A stretch of DNA of 60,802 bases from Bacillota bacterium (GCA_009787915.1 WQSK01000002.1:1-60802); one strand, 5' to 3'; counted from the stretch's first letter, positions 8,434-17,841 are shown. Numbers and translations: made by a program. The notes: generated by a model not told the origin, from the letters alone.

Positions 8434-9688
8434 ACAAGTTTTCCGTATCGCACCAAGCCCGACTGGGGAATTGCATATAGGGACGCTTGGGATGGCGTTG
8501 GTTAATTACATGATGGCTAAGGCCTCGGGCGGCAAGTTTTTAATCCGCATTGATGACACAGACACCGCCCGAACAATCGAGGGTGCGGAGAAGCGTTTGC
8601 TTGAGGGGCTTGGTAAATTTGGTATTGTTTTTGACAACCCAAAGAATATTTTAAGACAATCAGAGCGTGGTGACATATACAAAAAAGTCGCCGAGGATTT
8701 GGTTAAAAGAAATTTGGCCTATCACGACGACGGGGCGATTCGTTTGAGGGCGCCACAAAACAAAGAACCAATCAAGTGGGATGATATGGCGCGGGGGGCA
8801 ATGTCTTTGCCTGCGATTGACCGCGACCCTGTAATTTTGAAATCAAACGGTTTGCCGCCGTATAGCCTCGGTCACATTATCGACGACACCGAAATGGGAA
8901 CAACCGTTGCGGTGCGCGGGGAGGAATGGATTGCCTCAACGAACGAGCATATTCAACTCTACAACGCCGTTTACAACAAAGATGTTTTTAAAAAAACAAT
9001 TCCTACCGCGTGGAAGTATTGCCACATCCCTGTAATTTGTATATTGGACAATGGGAACAAGCGAAAACTCTCTAAACGCAAAGACCGAGAAGCCCTTGTT
9101 GAAAACTTTTTGACCGAGGGTTATCCGACCCGTGCGGTTATTGAATATCTTTTGACGATATACAATACGGACTACGAAATTTGGAGAGAGCAAAATCCAA
9201 ATGTCGATTGGCGCAAGTTCAACTTTCGCAGTGAAAAAATTGGTTCCAACAGCCCATTGTTTGACCGCGACAAGTTGGATTCTATTGCACGAAATATTAT
9301 CGCCGAGATGACGATGAAAGAACTTGAACCCGAGGTGCGAAACCACTTTGGGGATAAATTAAGCGAAGAACAATACAAAAACGTGTTTACCCTTTTGGCG
9401 ATTGACCGAGGAACCGAAAGACCGCGAAAAGACATTTGCAAGTACAGCGAAATTTTGACCGAGTTTGATTATTTGTTCAAGCCCGTAAAAATGACGCCTT
9501 TGTTAAAAAAATATGCCGAACTCATCAGCGGGGTTTCGGACAAAGATACGTGGTTTCCGCTTGTGAAAGAAAAGGCAACAGATTTTGGCTTTAAAAACGT
9601 GCGCGAGTTCACGCAGGCTGTGAGGGTGGAACTCACGGGGCGCGAGAAATCAACCGACCTTTATACAATATCCAAGATTTTGCTTTGA
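8426..9688 (+). CDS. gltX: Glutamate--tRNA ligase-like class I synthetase (short, 420 aa)
   Basis: FRIAPSPTGELHIGTLGMALVNYMMAKASGGKFLIRIDDTD (HIGH region), RQSERGDIYKK, KLSKRK (KMSKS-like). Confidence 0.75.
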   Translation: MAKQVFRIAPSPTGELHIGTLGMALVNYMMAKASGGKFLIRIDDTDTARTIEGAEKRLLEGLGKFGIVFDNPKNILRQSERGDIYKKVAEDLVKRNLAYHDDGAIRLRAPQNKEPIKWDDMARGAMSLPAIDRDPVILKSNGLPPYSLGHIIDDTEMGTTVAVRGEEWIASTNEHIQLYNAVYNKDVFKKTIPTAWKYCHIPVICILDNGNKRKLSKRKDREALVENFLTEGYPTRAVIEYLLTIYNTDYEIWREQNPNVDWRKFNFRSEKIGSNSPLFDRDKLDSIARNIIAEMTMKELEPEVRNHFGDKLSEEQYKNVFTLLAIDRGTERPRKDICKYSEILTEFDYLFKPVKMTPLLKKYAELISGVSDKDTWFPLVKEKATDFGFKNVREFTQAVRVELTGREKSTDLYTISKILL

Positions 9689-9695
9689 GGTCGCC

Positions 9696-10835
9696 TTGAA
9701 CAAAAATCACGCACTTTTGTATTTACACACATTTTTAATGCGCACAGGAAAGAACGTCACCTCTGTGTTTTCGGCCGTGCTCTTGTACAGATTGGGGTTT
9801 GATGTATCTTTTATACTCTTGTTCATTGGGTTAATGTTCGGGCTCATGGGTTTGCTCTCTCCGCTTAGTCCATTTCTTGTTTCACGGATTGGATTTGTCT
9901 GGAGCCACGCCATTGGCAACGCATCACTTGCCGTAGGGAGCCTATTACTTTTATTGGGTGATTTTAGTGCTGTGACATTTGTACTTTCGTTTATATTTTT
10001 GGCTTTGGCGGGCGGGATAAACCACCCCATAGGTCACATGGTCAAAGCGACGTTCATAGACGACAAAACAAGGGGGCGGACAAATGCAAAAATAATGATA
10101 GTATCGTCACTAAGCATCATTCCCGCGTCGCTTCTTGTTGGGTTGTTAATGGATTATGCTTTTGCGCTTTATATCTTTATGATTGTTATTTTGCTGGCGA
10201 CAATTGTCCCAATATATTTTCTTATGAGAAAACAAGAGCCCACCCGAAAATACAAACTGCGTGAACCGTACAAAAACTTTTTTGATAAATCTTTTTCAAG
10301 GTATATACCGCAAATGTCGCTCCAAGCCTTCCCGATAATTGAGGGTGCAATCATCGCGCTTTTTATTTATCTTTTGGTTGGCGACATAGCCACAGTCGCG
10401 TACATTGTCATTGCGGCGGCAATTGTTGAGATAATTGCAATATATATTTTTGGTCGGAGCAAAGACAAGTACGGGCGAAAAGCCTTTTTGTTTTCTACAA
10501 TATTAAGGTCTACGGCATCTTTGATTTTGGCATTTGTGAACTTTACGATATGGCTTGTAACGTTCGGCAGAATTTGGTTGGTGTTTACGGCACGAATCCA
10601 TGACACCTCCGTAAACGTTTTGGTTCAAAAAGCAACAACTGAGTCCACCGACCCGATTATATTCACAACGTCAAAAGAAATGGTGTTGTGCTTTACCGAG
10701 TTTTTGGCACTCATGATGTTAAGCGTTTTGGCTTTGTTTATTCACGAAACCGCGTTGGTTGTAATATTTGTTTTGTCTTTTATCTCCGTGTGGGCGATTT
10801 ATTTTAGGTGGCTATACACGGCAAGACGAAAATAG
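9696..10835 (+). CDS. Polytopic membrane protein, MFS-like
   Basis: 379 aa with about 10-12 hydrophobic segments. No specific signature recognised. Confidence 0.55.
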   Translation: MNKNHALLYLHTFLMRTGKNVTSVFSAVLLYRLGFDVSFILLFIGLMFGLMGLLSPLSPFLVSRIGFVWSHAIGNASLAVGSLLLLLGDFSAVTFVLSFIFLALAGGINHPIGHMVKATFIDDKTRGRTNAKIMIVSSLSIIPASLLVGLLMDYAFALYIFMIVILLATIVPIYFLMRKQEPTRKYKLREPYKNFFDKSFSRYIPQMSLQAFPIIEGAIIALFIYLLVGDIATVAYIVIAAAIVEIIAIYIFGRSKDKYGRKAFLFSTILRSTASLILAFVNFTIWLVTFGRIWLVFTARIHDTSVNVLVQKATTESTDPIIFTTSKEMVLCFTEFLALMMLSVLALFIHETALVVIFVLSFISVWAIYFRWLYTARRK

Positions 10836-10836
10836 A

Positions 10837-11007
10837 CTATTCCTTTTTCTCTTTTACGAACTTGTCGCCTGTTATTCGCGACAAACAAACGTTTACGTTT
10901 TGCACTATTAATTCTAGGTGTCCTACGATTATGTTTTGCCTTGCGGCTTTTCTTTTTTCTTCGCTGAACTCGTCTGCAACTGTTTGCTCTTTATCTTTTG
11001 TTTCCAT
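10837..11007 (-). CDS. Small protein S1 (56 aa), divergent from XRE gene X1; paralog of 13987-14148
   Basis: Hand translation: METKDKEQTVADEFSEEKRKAARQNIIVGHLELIVQNVNVCLSRITGDKFVKEKKE. About 22 of 42 aligned residues are identical to S2 (HL..IV..VN.CL.R.TG.K core). Too short for the ORF track. Confidence 0.5.
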   Translation of the reverse strand: METKDKEQTVADEFSEEKRKAARQNIIVGHLELIVQNVNVCLSRITGDKFVKEKKE

Positions 11008-11066
11008 AACAATACGCTATCATAACAAATGTCTATAAGTCAAGTACTTATAGCATACTGTAATAT

Positions 11067-11282
11067 GTGAGTGTGGAAATCTTTGCACAACGCCTTCAAA
11101 GTGTCTTGGACAAGCATGATATATCGCAAAATAAATTTGCGACAATGCTTGGTGTGCAACAACCGACAGTTTGGCAATATTGTAACGGCAAGCGTATGCC
11201 CTCCGCCGTAATGGTTGCGCGCATAAGTGAATTATTGGACGTGTCGACGGATTATTTGTTGGGGCGCACAGATAAATTTTAA
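11067..11282 (+). CDS. XRE-family single-HTH regulator X1
   Basis: (MSV)EIFAQRLQSVLDKHDISQNKFATMLGVQQPTVWQYCNGKRMPSAVMVARISELLDVSTDYLLGRTDKF. Alternative GTG start at 11073. The palindrome CTATAAGT-N5-ACTTATAG at 11031-11051 lies in the shared control region. Confidence 0.8.
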   Translation: MSVEIFAQRLQSVLDKHDISQNKFATMLGVQQPTVWQYCNGKRMPSAVMVARISELLDVSTDYLLGRTDKF

Positions 11283-11285
11283 TGC

Positions 11286-11576
11286 TCACTCCGTCGGTAA
11301 CTTGTACGCAAACTTTTCATCAACAATTAAATACCGCGCCACATTGTTTTTTACAAGGCGCAAACTCTTGCACGGGATTTCTTCCAATTCGGAGGTCGGA
11401 ACTTTTGGTGTTATCACCGCGTCGGCTTGTTCGTTCACCGTGATTTTTTCAAAACCCGTGTCAATGAAAAGGTCGGTGTTCGGAAACCAAGTTATGTCAA
11501 GGGGCGCGTTGGTGCGGAACTCGTTGTTTAAAAGAACTTCGCCTGTGTAATTTAGTTTGATATTAATTGTGTTCAC
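11286..11576 (-). CDS. Hypothetical protein (about 96 aa, GTG start assumed)
   Basis: Part of track ORF 11286-11714. The N-terminal part of that ORF would overlap the rlmB start, so I place the start at GTG 11576 (NTINIKLNYTGEV...). An alternative plus-strand ORF (11227-11550) looks less protein-like. Confidence 0.4.
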   Translation of the reverse strand: MNTINIKLNYTGEVLLNNEFRTNAPLDITWFPNTDLFIDTGFEKITVNEQADAVITPKVPTSELEEIPCKSLRLVKNNVARYLIVDEKFAYKLPTE

Positions 11577-11601
11577 AAAAATATATATGTATACTGATGC
11601 T

Positions 11602-12321
11602 ATGTTAATCGAAGGAAAAAACGCGGTGACAGAGTGCATCATAGGCAACTCGACAATTGACAAGATTTTTATTTTAAAAGGCACGACTGACCAAGGTCTT
11701 GTAAACAAAATCAAACACAGCGGGGTTCAGTACCAGTTTGTGGACAAGGCGGCACTTGACCGTATGTCAAAGACAAAAAATCATCAGGGCTTTATTGCGC
11801 TCGTGACGGATTATAAATACTATTCCATTGACGAGATTGTTAATGACGCCTACAAAAAGGGGAGTCAACCCCTGATTTTGATTTTGGATGGGCTCGAGGA
11901 CCCACACAATTTTGGCAACATAATTCGTACTGCCGAGTGCATGGGCGTGGACGGTATCTTGATTCCAAAGAACCGCAGTGTGTCGGTCAACGAAACTGTC
12001 ATTCGCGTCAGCGCGGGTGCGACAACACATATGCACATCTCTAAGGTCGTCAACATCAACACCGAGATTGAAAACCTAAAGAAAAAGGGCTTTTGGATTT
12101 TTGCCGCAGAAGCAGGCGGGATAGATGTGGCTCAAACAAACATGAGTGGCCCAATCGCAATCGTAATGGGGGGTGAAAACACAGGGGTCAGCCAGTTGAC
12201 ACGGCAACTTTGCGACGCGCGCGTTTCAATCACAATGTACGGAAAAATAAATAGTCTAAATGTCGCGAATGCGACAGCCATGATTTTGTACGAGATTAAC
12301 CGCCAAAGGAAGTCCAAGTGA
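11602..12321 (+). CDS. rlmB: TrmH/SpoU-family 23S rRNA 2'-O-methyltransferase
   Basis: MLIEGKNAVTECI..., LILILDGLEDPHNFGNIIRTAECMGVDGILIP, IAIVMGGENTGVS, NSLNVANATAMILYE. Confidence 0.85.
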   Translation: MLIEGKNAVTECIIGNSTIDKIFILKGTTDQGLVNKIKHSGVQYQFVDKAALDRMSKTKNHQGFIALVTDYKYYSIDEIVNDAYKKGSQPLILILDGLEDPHNFGNIIRTAECMGVDGILIPKNRSVSVNETVIRVSAGATTHMHISKVVNINTEIENLKKKGFWIFAAEAGGIDVAQTNMSGPIAIVMGGENTGVSQLTRQLCDARVSITMYGKINSLNVANATAMILYEINRQRKSK

Positions 12322-12779
12322 CGGAATATAAAATTGATGAGAGGCTTGTCCGTGTTTTGGCGCGGAAATATGCGAACAGCCAAAACGAGGAAGAAGATTT
12401 GTTCCAAGAAGGGCAGATTGCATACTTGAGGGCTATACAGACTTTTGACGAATCAAAAAATATAAGAATCGAAGCCTATGCCACGCGCATTATTAAAAAC
12501 CGCTTTATTGATTTGTTGAGAAAAAAACGGGACACCAGCCAAGATGTGGACAGTGAATCCGCGTCCGCAGAATATTCTTTGGACCAACGCGTGAGTTTAA
12601 TCGAAATCAAACAAATCTTGGCAACCCACATCGCAGACATAGACCGCGCAATTTTCAATTCGTACATTGAGGGCTTTTCATATGATGAAATCAGCAAGAT
12701 TTTCGACCTGCCCAAAAAGAAAATAGACAACATAATCCAAAAGGTCAAACGCGCAATACGCGAACGGGTTGACGGGTGA
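12318..12779 (+). CDS. Small sigma-70-family factor (SigH-like by context)
   Basis: Region 2 (EEEDLFQEGQIAYLRAIQTFD..., YATRIIKNRFIDLLRKK) and region 4 (GFSYDEISKIFDLPKKKIDNIIQKVKRAIR). The GTG start overlaps the rlmB stop, and sigH follows the rlmB homolog in Bacillus. Confidence 0.75.
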   Translation: MTEYKIDERLVRVLARKYANSQNEEEDLFQEGQIAYLRAIQTFDESKNIRIEAYATRIIKNRFIDLLRKKRDTSQDVDSESASAEYSLDQRVSLIEIKQILATHIADIDRAIFNSYIEGFSYDEISKIFDLPKKKIDNIIQKVKRAIRERVDG

Positions 12780-13407
12780 GCAGATGAACGGATTGATAAT
12801 TTTGGGCTCTGGTCGTAACGGAAAAACAACTTTGGCGACACTTGTTGCAAAGAAGCACAAATGTATATTGATTCACACGGACTGTCTTATGACCGCGTTC
12901 CAAGAAGTTTTTCCGCACCTTGAAATTGCGCACCTGCAATCCACCGACAATGGCAAGGAGAGTTTCGCGCGCTTTGTTTCAACATATGCCGAAACAATAT
13001 TGGGCTATGGCGACATGAATGTTGTTATCGAGGGCGGTATTCTGTCACTTGAACAGGCGCGCAACCTTTTCGACCCCAAGGTTTTCAAAATCGTCGTTTT
13101 GGGTTGCCCTAATGCGACGCCTAGGCAATGGTTCGATGCCGTTCGTAAAAACGACACAGACAAAGAGCCGACGTTTTATTTTACCAATGAAAAACTCTTG
13201 GAAAAGGCACAACACAATATTGACCGTAGCAAGCAAATGTTTGCCGAGTGCAAAAAACACGGCATTGAAACACTTGATACTTTTTCAAACAGGGGAGAGG
13301 TCTTTTCGGATTTTGTAAATAAAACAAAGTTCTCCCAACGCCCAGGCACGACCTCAGAGCGCAAAATTGGGCTTGAAAACTATATCAACCAACACGTTAA
13401 TAAATAG
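12769..13407 (+). CDS. P-loop NTPase/kinase-like protein
   Basis: IILGSGRNGKTTLATLVAKKH Walker A. Overlaps the sigma gene stop. Family not resolved. Confidence 0.55.
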   Translation: MTGEQMNGLIILGSGRNGKTTLATLVAKKHKCILIHTDCLMTAFQEVFPHLEIAHLQSTDNGKESFARFVSTYAETILGYGDMNVVIEGGILSLEQARNLFDPKVFKIVVLGCPNATPRQWFDAVRKNDTDKEPTFYFTNEKLLEKAQHNIDRSKQMFAECKKHGIETLDTFSNRGEVFSDFVNKTKFSQRPGTTSERKIGLENYINQHVNK

Positions 13408-13419
13408 ACCCCATGCGAA

Positions 13420-13584
13420 CTACTTGCCCGAAACCTTTGTTATGACTTCGTCGAGTTGCGCCACAAGTTGTGCAATTCGTTGTTCTTGTTGTCTTTTTAC
13501 AAGGCGCACAAGCCCCATAAACAAATTCACAATGTCTTGGTCGGACAGTTCGGTTTCGATTGGCATGTTCATTATGTTTTCCAT
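13420..13584 (-). CDS. Possible small coiled-coil protein downstream of X2
   Basis: MENIMNMPIETELSDQDIVNLFMGLVRLVKRQQEQRIAQLVAQLDEVITKVSGK is the 3' part of track ORF 13420-13815, whose 5' part overlaps X2. No SD seen. Confidence 0.25.
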   Translation of the reverse strand: MENIMNMPIETELSDQDIVNLFMGLVRLVKRQQEQRIAQLVAQLDEVITKVSGK

Positions 13585-13712
13585 GTAATTGTTATTGACC
13601 GAATTTGTGAAGTCAAAACCCCCTCGCCCGTACAATATGTTCCCACACTTCGTGTGGTTTACTAAGGTTACACCTCGTTTCGTGTAGTCATATTTGTCAC
13701 GGGAGCATTTTA

Positions 13713-13922
13713 TTAAAATTCGTCGGTCAATCCCAACAAGTAATCCGCTGAAACATCCAGAAATTCGCATATTCGCAATAACATCGTTACGGAGGGTAAT
13801 CGTTGACCATTGCAAAGTTTGCAGACCGCTGTTTGGTCAACATCGAGTACAGATGCAAATTTTCTTTGTGAGAAGCCACGCTTTTCAAGCACTGCTTTCA
13901 ATCTTGTTGAAAATATTTCCAT
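13713..13922 (-). CDS. XRE-family single-HTH regulator X2 (close paralog of X1)
   Basis: MEIFSTRLKAVLEKRGFSQRKFASVLDVDQTAVCKLCNGQRLPSVTMLLRICEFLDVSADYLLGLTDEF. The near-palindrome ATATAGTACTTTAT (13928-13941) lies in the control region. Confidence 0.8.
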   Translation of the reverse strand: MEIFSTRLKAVLEKRGFSQRKFASVLDVDQTAVCKLCNGQRLPSVTMLLRICEFLDVSADYLLGLTDEF

Positions 13923-13951
13923 AATTATATAGTACTTTATGTCCTATTGTG

Positions 13952-13980
13952 TTGACATATGGCTTGTTGTCCTATAGTAT
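13952..13980 (+). promoter_or_regulatory. Sigma-70-type promoter TTGACA-17-TAGTAT, 6 nt before ATG 13987 (leaderless)
   Basis: Read directly from the sequence. No SD between the -10 element and the ATG. Confidence 0.55.
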
Positions 13981-13986
13981 GGTTTT

Positions 13987-14148
13987 ATGGGAAGAAAAAA
14001 ACAGGAGCAAATAAGTCCAGAAGAACGCGAGCGAATACGCCAAAAAATAATCACCGAACATCTAAAAGAAATTGTCCGCAGTGTCAACGCCTGTTTGTTC
14101 CGTATGACAGGCGAAAAATACAGAATAGAAAAAGACCCTATGCCTTAA
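13987..14148 (+). CDS. Small protein S2 (53 aa), divergent from X2; paralog of S1
   Basis: MGRKKQEQISPEERERIRQKIITEHLKEIVRSVNACLFRMTGEKYRIEKDPMP. Converges on and overlaps the hup 3' end by 11 nt. Confidence 0.5.
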   Translation: MGRKKQEQISPEERERIRQKIITEHLKEIVRSVNACLFRMTGEKYRIEKDPMP

Positions 14149-14410
14149 CGTCGTCTTTAAGTTTTTTGCCAGGTTTGAATTTTGGAGCAACACTTGCCGC
14201 AATTTTAACGGTTTCGCCCGTGAGTGGATTGCGCCCTTCGCGTGCTGCCTTTTTCACAAGCACAAACTTGCCGTGCTTAAAAACAACTTCATCGCCTTTT
14301 TTAAGTGTTTCAACAATAATGCTCCAAAAGTCATCAACGATTTTTGAACTTTCCTTTACTGGCAAATCCGTGCGACTTGCCAAGATTTCTATGAACTCAG
14401 ATTGTTTCAT
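14138..14410 (-). CDS. hup: HU-family DNA-binding protein
   Basis: MKQSEFIEILASRTDLPVKESSKIVDDFWSIIVETLKKGDEVVFKHGKFVLVKKAAREGRNPLTGETVKIAASVAPKFKPGKKLKD. Confidence 0.9.
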   Translation of the reverse strand: MKQSEFIEILASRTDLPVKESSKIVDDFWSIIVETLKKGDEVVFKHGKFVLVKKAAREGRNPLTGETVKIAASVAPKFKPGKKLKDDVKA

Positions 14411-16052
14411 GTTTTACTACCTCCTTAGGGTGTAATTTATTTAACCGCACAAGTTTAAAAAATGCAATTAAAATGACCCACAAAATTGTGCACAAAGCAC
14501 CTGCCAAGACGACCCACCACCGATTGTCTGGCAAAACCGACGCAAGCGCAAACGTGCCAAGGGTAAAAACCCCTGTAATAAATATCAACTTTGGCAAGGT
14601 TTTTAAAACATTTTCGCGAATTTTTATTTCTTGGAGTCCAAATATAATGTTCAATACAAACGCCGCCGCAAAGCACAAAACATTCCCAATCGACACGGCA
14701 TAGATTCCAACAGGTGTTCCGATAAGCGAAAATTGTACAACAATTTTGATTGCCCCACCTACAAGTAGGGCAATAAGGGGCTTTGTAGGTTTACCCGCGC
14801 CTTGTAACATTGCTGTGAATATCGCGCTTATAGGCAAAAAGATAATAACCAAACTCTCTATCATCAACAGGTTTCTTGCTAATTCTAAATGGTGGGGATA
14901 TTCCGCAAACGCGCTGTGATAAAGTAGGTCGATGATTTTTTTTGCAAACGCAAAATAAAAAATAGCAAAAAACACGGATATCAAGAGCGTATAGTTTACC
15001 GCATCTGACATCTTGTCACGGAGTTCCTTTGTTTTCTTTTGTTTCAAGAGCGCCGACACCGTGGGAACAATCGCAGTTGCAACGGCAACACCCAACATCG
15101 CAGGCAGGTTTATAAGCGTATGAACCGCCCCCGAAGAAATACCAAACAGTTTTGTGGCTTCACGGTGTTCTATGCCAGAGCGCACCAACATGTTTATAAC
15201 AAACATACTGTCTAAAACCAAAATCAACGGAAAAATCGCGGCCATCAAGGTCACGGGAGCCGAGGCTTTTGTTATCTTCCACATCAAGCCAAGCGACACA
15301 AACCGCTCGCCCTCCGTTTTTGGCACACGTGTTGATGAAATCGCAGGAGCAAGACTTTTCGAAGATTTCGTGGTGCGAGGCTCCTCTTTATTTTGTATAG
15401 AGGAGCCTGCGGTTTTCGGAATCTGAGAAAAGTTTTGCTCCTGCGGTTTCGAGAGCAAAAAGTGCAAAAACAAATAACAGAGCGCCACAACCTCGGAAAT
15501 CGTAACCCCAAGTATCGCCCCAAACACCGCCCAAATAACACTGTATTGCGCAAACCAAAAAGCAAGCCCCAAACCAACCCCAAGTTTAACGACTTGTTCA
15601 ATGACCTGGCTAATGGCCGTGGGAACCATATTTTGAAGCCCCTGAAAGTAACCTCGAAACGCAGATATTATACAAACCAAAAAGACACTCGGCGCAATCG
15701 CCAAATAAATGACGCCTACATCACCGTTGCCTTGCGCCCCTGCGATTTGGTAGGACAAAATCATGAATAGCGCAGTGACCAACGCCCCCACAAGCCCCAA
15801 CAGTATCACCGAGTTTAGCAAAATACGTTTTGGGTTCTCGCCAGCCGCTATCATGCGCGAAATGGCAACAGGGAAGCCCGCCGACGATGTAATAAGTAAA
15901 AGCGCGTACAACGGGAAAACCATTTGGTAAATCCCCATCCCAAAGTTTCCGACTATGTGCGTCAGTGGGATACGAATCGCAACGCCCAAAAGCCGACAAA
16001 AAATGCCCGCCCCCGCCAGGATTAACGCCCCCGTCAAAAATTTTTGTTGCAC
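14397..16052 (-). CDS. MOP-superfamily flippase (MurJ/SpoVB-like)
   Basis: 551 aa with about 14 TM segments. N-terminus FLTGALILAGAGIFCRLLGVAIRIPLTHIVGNFGMGIYQMVFPLYALLL is typical of MurJ/SpoVB polysaccharide-biosynthesis proteins. Confidence 0.75.
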   Translation of the reverse strand: MQQKFLTGALILAGAGIFCRLLGVAIRIPLTHIVGNFGMGIYQMVFPLYALLLITSSAGFPVAISRMIAAGENPKRILLNSVILLGLVGALVTALFMILSYQIAGAQGNGDVGVIYLAIAPSVFLVCIISAFRGYFQGLQNMVPTAISQVIEQVVKLGVGLGLAFWFAQYSVIWAVFGAILGVTISEVVALCYLFLHFLLSKPQEQNFSQIPKTAGSSIQNKEEPRTTKSSKSLAPAISSTRVPKTEGERFVSLGLMWKITKASAPVTLMAAIFPLILVLDSMFVINMLVRSGIEHREATKLFGISSGAVHTLINLPAMLGVAVATAIVPTVSALLKQKKTKELRDKMSDAVNYTLLISVFFAIFYFAFAKKIIDLLYHSAFAEYPHHLELARNLLMIESLVIIFLPISAIFTAMLQGAGKPTKPLIALLVGGAIKIVVQFSLIGTPVGIYAVSIGNVLCFAAAFVLNIIFGLQEIKIRENVLKTLPKLIFITGVFTLGTFALASVLPDNRWWVVLAGALCTILWVILIAFFKLVRLNKLHPKEVVKHETI

Positions 16053-16070
16053 ATAAAAGTATCTGCAAAT

Positions 16071-16079
16071 TGTGGATAA
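16071..16079. promoter_or_regulatory. Perfect DnaA box (TGTGGATAA)
   Basis: Exact 9-mer in the 33-nt gap between the flippase start and the comFC stop. Confidence 0.4.
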
Positions 16080-16085
16080 CTATGA

Positions 16086-16751
16086 TTAGTTCACAACCCT
16101 CGCGAGGACAATAACATGAACCTCTTTTGCCCCAGATTGTTTTAGCACCCGCGCACATTCATTAACCGTAGTTCCGCTTGTAAAAACATCATCCACGATT
16201 AGAAATTTTTTGCCTTGCACATCGGCATCGTCCTTTACTGCGAATGCACCGCGGAGGTTCTCTTGCCGCTCTTTTACTGACATTTGTTTTTGAGGGGCAG
16301 TATTTTTTGTTCTGACCAAAACATTTGTATCGACCACTAGACCCATGTCCTCAGCAATGTGGTTGGCGAGTAATTCCGCCTGATTATATCCGCGTTTTCT
16401 GTATCGTTTCTTGCAAAGGGGCACGGGAACCAAAACAAAGTCCCCAAGAACAGCCTCGGTTTTCAAGAGTGTCGCAACCATGTAAGGGTAGAGTCCCTCG
16501 GCGACCTGGGCATTGTCACCGTACTTAAGTCGCAAAATAACAGGTACAATCAAACCGTCGTATACGAAAGCAGAATGTGCGGCTTTAAAAAACTTTTTGG
16601 CTTTTGTATCGGCGAGGGCTAAGGGTTCAGTGTTGATTGATAAATCCTCGGCGCATTTGACGCACATAAAACCGTTGTCGGTCGCGTTAAGTTCGCCCAG
16701 ACAAACAAAGCACGTACAGTTCGGAAACAAAAAACCCAACACGCGTTTCAT
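16086..16751 (-). CDS. comFC: ComF-family phosphoribosyltransferase-like protein
   Basis: N-terminal Cys pairs (CTCFVC...CVKC) and a C-terminal PRT motif KKFLIVDDVFTSGTTVNECARVL. Confidence 0.85.
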   Translation of the reverse strand: MKRVLGFLFPNCTCFVCLGELNATDNGFMCVKCAEDLSINTEPLALADTKAKKFFKAAHSAFVYDGLIVPVILRLKYGDNAQVAEGLYPYMVATLLKTEAVLGDFVLVPVPLCKKRYRKRGYNQAELLANHIAEDMGLVVDTNVLVRTKNTAPQKQMSVKERQENLRGAFAVKDDADVQGKKFLIVDDVFTSGTTVNECARVLKQSGAKEVHVIVLARVVN

Positions 16752-16817
16752 ATGATATTATCTACCTAAAATTGTGTAGCACAAACCACTTACCCAAATA
16801 TGTGTGACAATTTTAAT

Positions 16818-17030
16818 ATGAAAGTATTTTGTGAACGACTTAATGAACTGAGAACAGACCGCGACATATCCATGAGCGAATTGGCACGGCAAACGGGTGT
16901 GCCCCAACAAAGTATCAGTCGATGGGAGTCTGGTGAGGGTTCGCCAAGTGTAGAATCGGTTATAAAATTTGCAAAACATTTTAATGTTTCGGCGGATTTT
17001 TTGCTTGGGTTAAAAGACGATTATTATTGA
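16818..17030 (+). CDS. XRE-family single-HTH regulator X3
   Basis: MKVFCERLNELRTDRDISMSELARQTGVPQQSISRWESGEGSPSVESVIKFAKHFNVSADFLLGLKDDYY. Confidence 0.8.
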   Translation: MKVFCERLNELRTDRDISMSELARQTGVPQQSISRWESGEGSPSVESVIKFAKHFNVSADFLLGLKDDYY

Positions 17031-17841
17031 TACGTAAATTTTTAATCCACCCAGCAAAACCCTGTGTGTACGGACACCCAAGCCGCTGCACATTCGGTAA
17101 ATGAAAATCACTTCCGCCTGTTACAAGCAAATTGTTTGTCTTGCAAAAATTAACAAGGTACTCTCTTTTCTCTTTGTCCGCGGTGGTGTGAAAACACTCT
17201 ATCCCGTCAACAAAATCTTTTGCGTAGTTTAAAACATAGTCAACATCGGGGTAATGATATGGGTGAGCAAGAAACGCCAAGCCACCGCACCTGTGGATAA
17301 TGTCGACCGCTTTGGAAAGTTCTGGGTACACGTGCGACAGGTCAACAAACCATTTTGACTTTGGGTTTACCATGTTTGTGCGAAGAAACTGGGAAGAATT
17401 CAATGGGCTTAATGACGGGTCGACTTTTATCATTTGCTCTCCATATTTTTTGACAACCGCAATATGCGTGTATCCGTTTGGTGTGACGTCCGAGAGTTCT
17501 AACTTCGCATCAATACCAAGTTTTTTAAGCACATCCTCGGTGACTTGCTTTGAAATCGGGGTAGTTTTTAAAAGGGTATAGTTTTTAATCTCTTTTTCCA
17601 CTTTGGCAACATCAATTCCGTATCCCAAAACATCAACAAACTGTTTACCAACAAAAGCACTTAACTCTACCCCTGTCACGAGTTTGCCATTATAAACGTC
17701 CCCAAGTTCTTTGTACGCCTGAACAGAATTATGGTCCGTTATCGAAAGAACAGAAATCCCAGACTTGTTTGCGAGTTCCAATAGTTCGCGCGTCGACAAC
17801 ATCCCGTCGCTGTTATTCGTATGTGTGTGTAAATCAACCAT
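16981..17841 (-). CDS. PHP-domain metal-dependent phosphoesterase
   Basis: MVDLHTHTNNSDGMLSTRELLELANKSGISVLSITDHNSV..., GGSDFH. Start placed at ATG 17841. The 3' end overlaps X3 convergently by 50 nt. Confidence 0.75.
   Translation of the reverse strand: MVDLHTHTNNSDGMLSTRELLELANKSGISVLSITDHNSVQAYKELGDVYNGKLVTGVELSAFVGKQFVDVLGYGIDVAKVEKEIKNYTLLKTTPISKQVTEDVLKKLGIDAKLELSDVTPNGYTHIAVVKKYGEQMIKVDPSLSPLNSSQFLRTNMVNPKSKWFVDLSHVYPELSKAVDIIHRCGGLAFLAHPYHYPDVDYVLNYAKDFVDGIECFHTTADKEKREYLVNFCKTNNLLVTGGSDFHLPNVQRLGCPYTQGFAGWIKNLRINNNRLLTQAKNPPKH

Noticed and set aside
11227-11550. 107-aa plus-strand ORF following X1
   Set aside because: It competes with the minus-strand ORF 11286-11576. Its translation is Ser/Phe/Thr-rich and less protein-like. 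It is noted as an alternative only.
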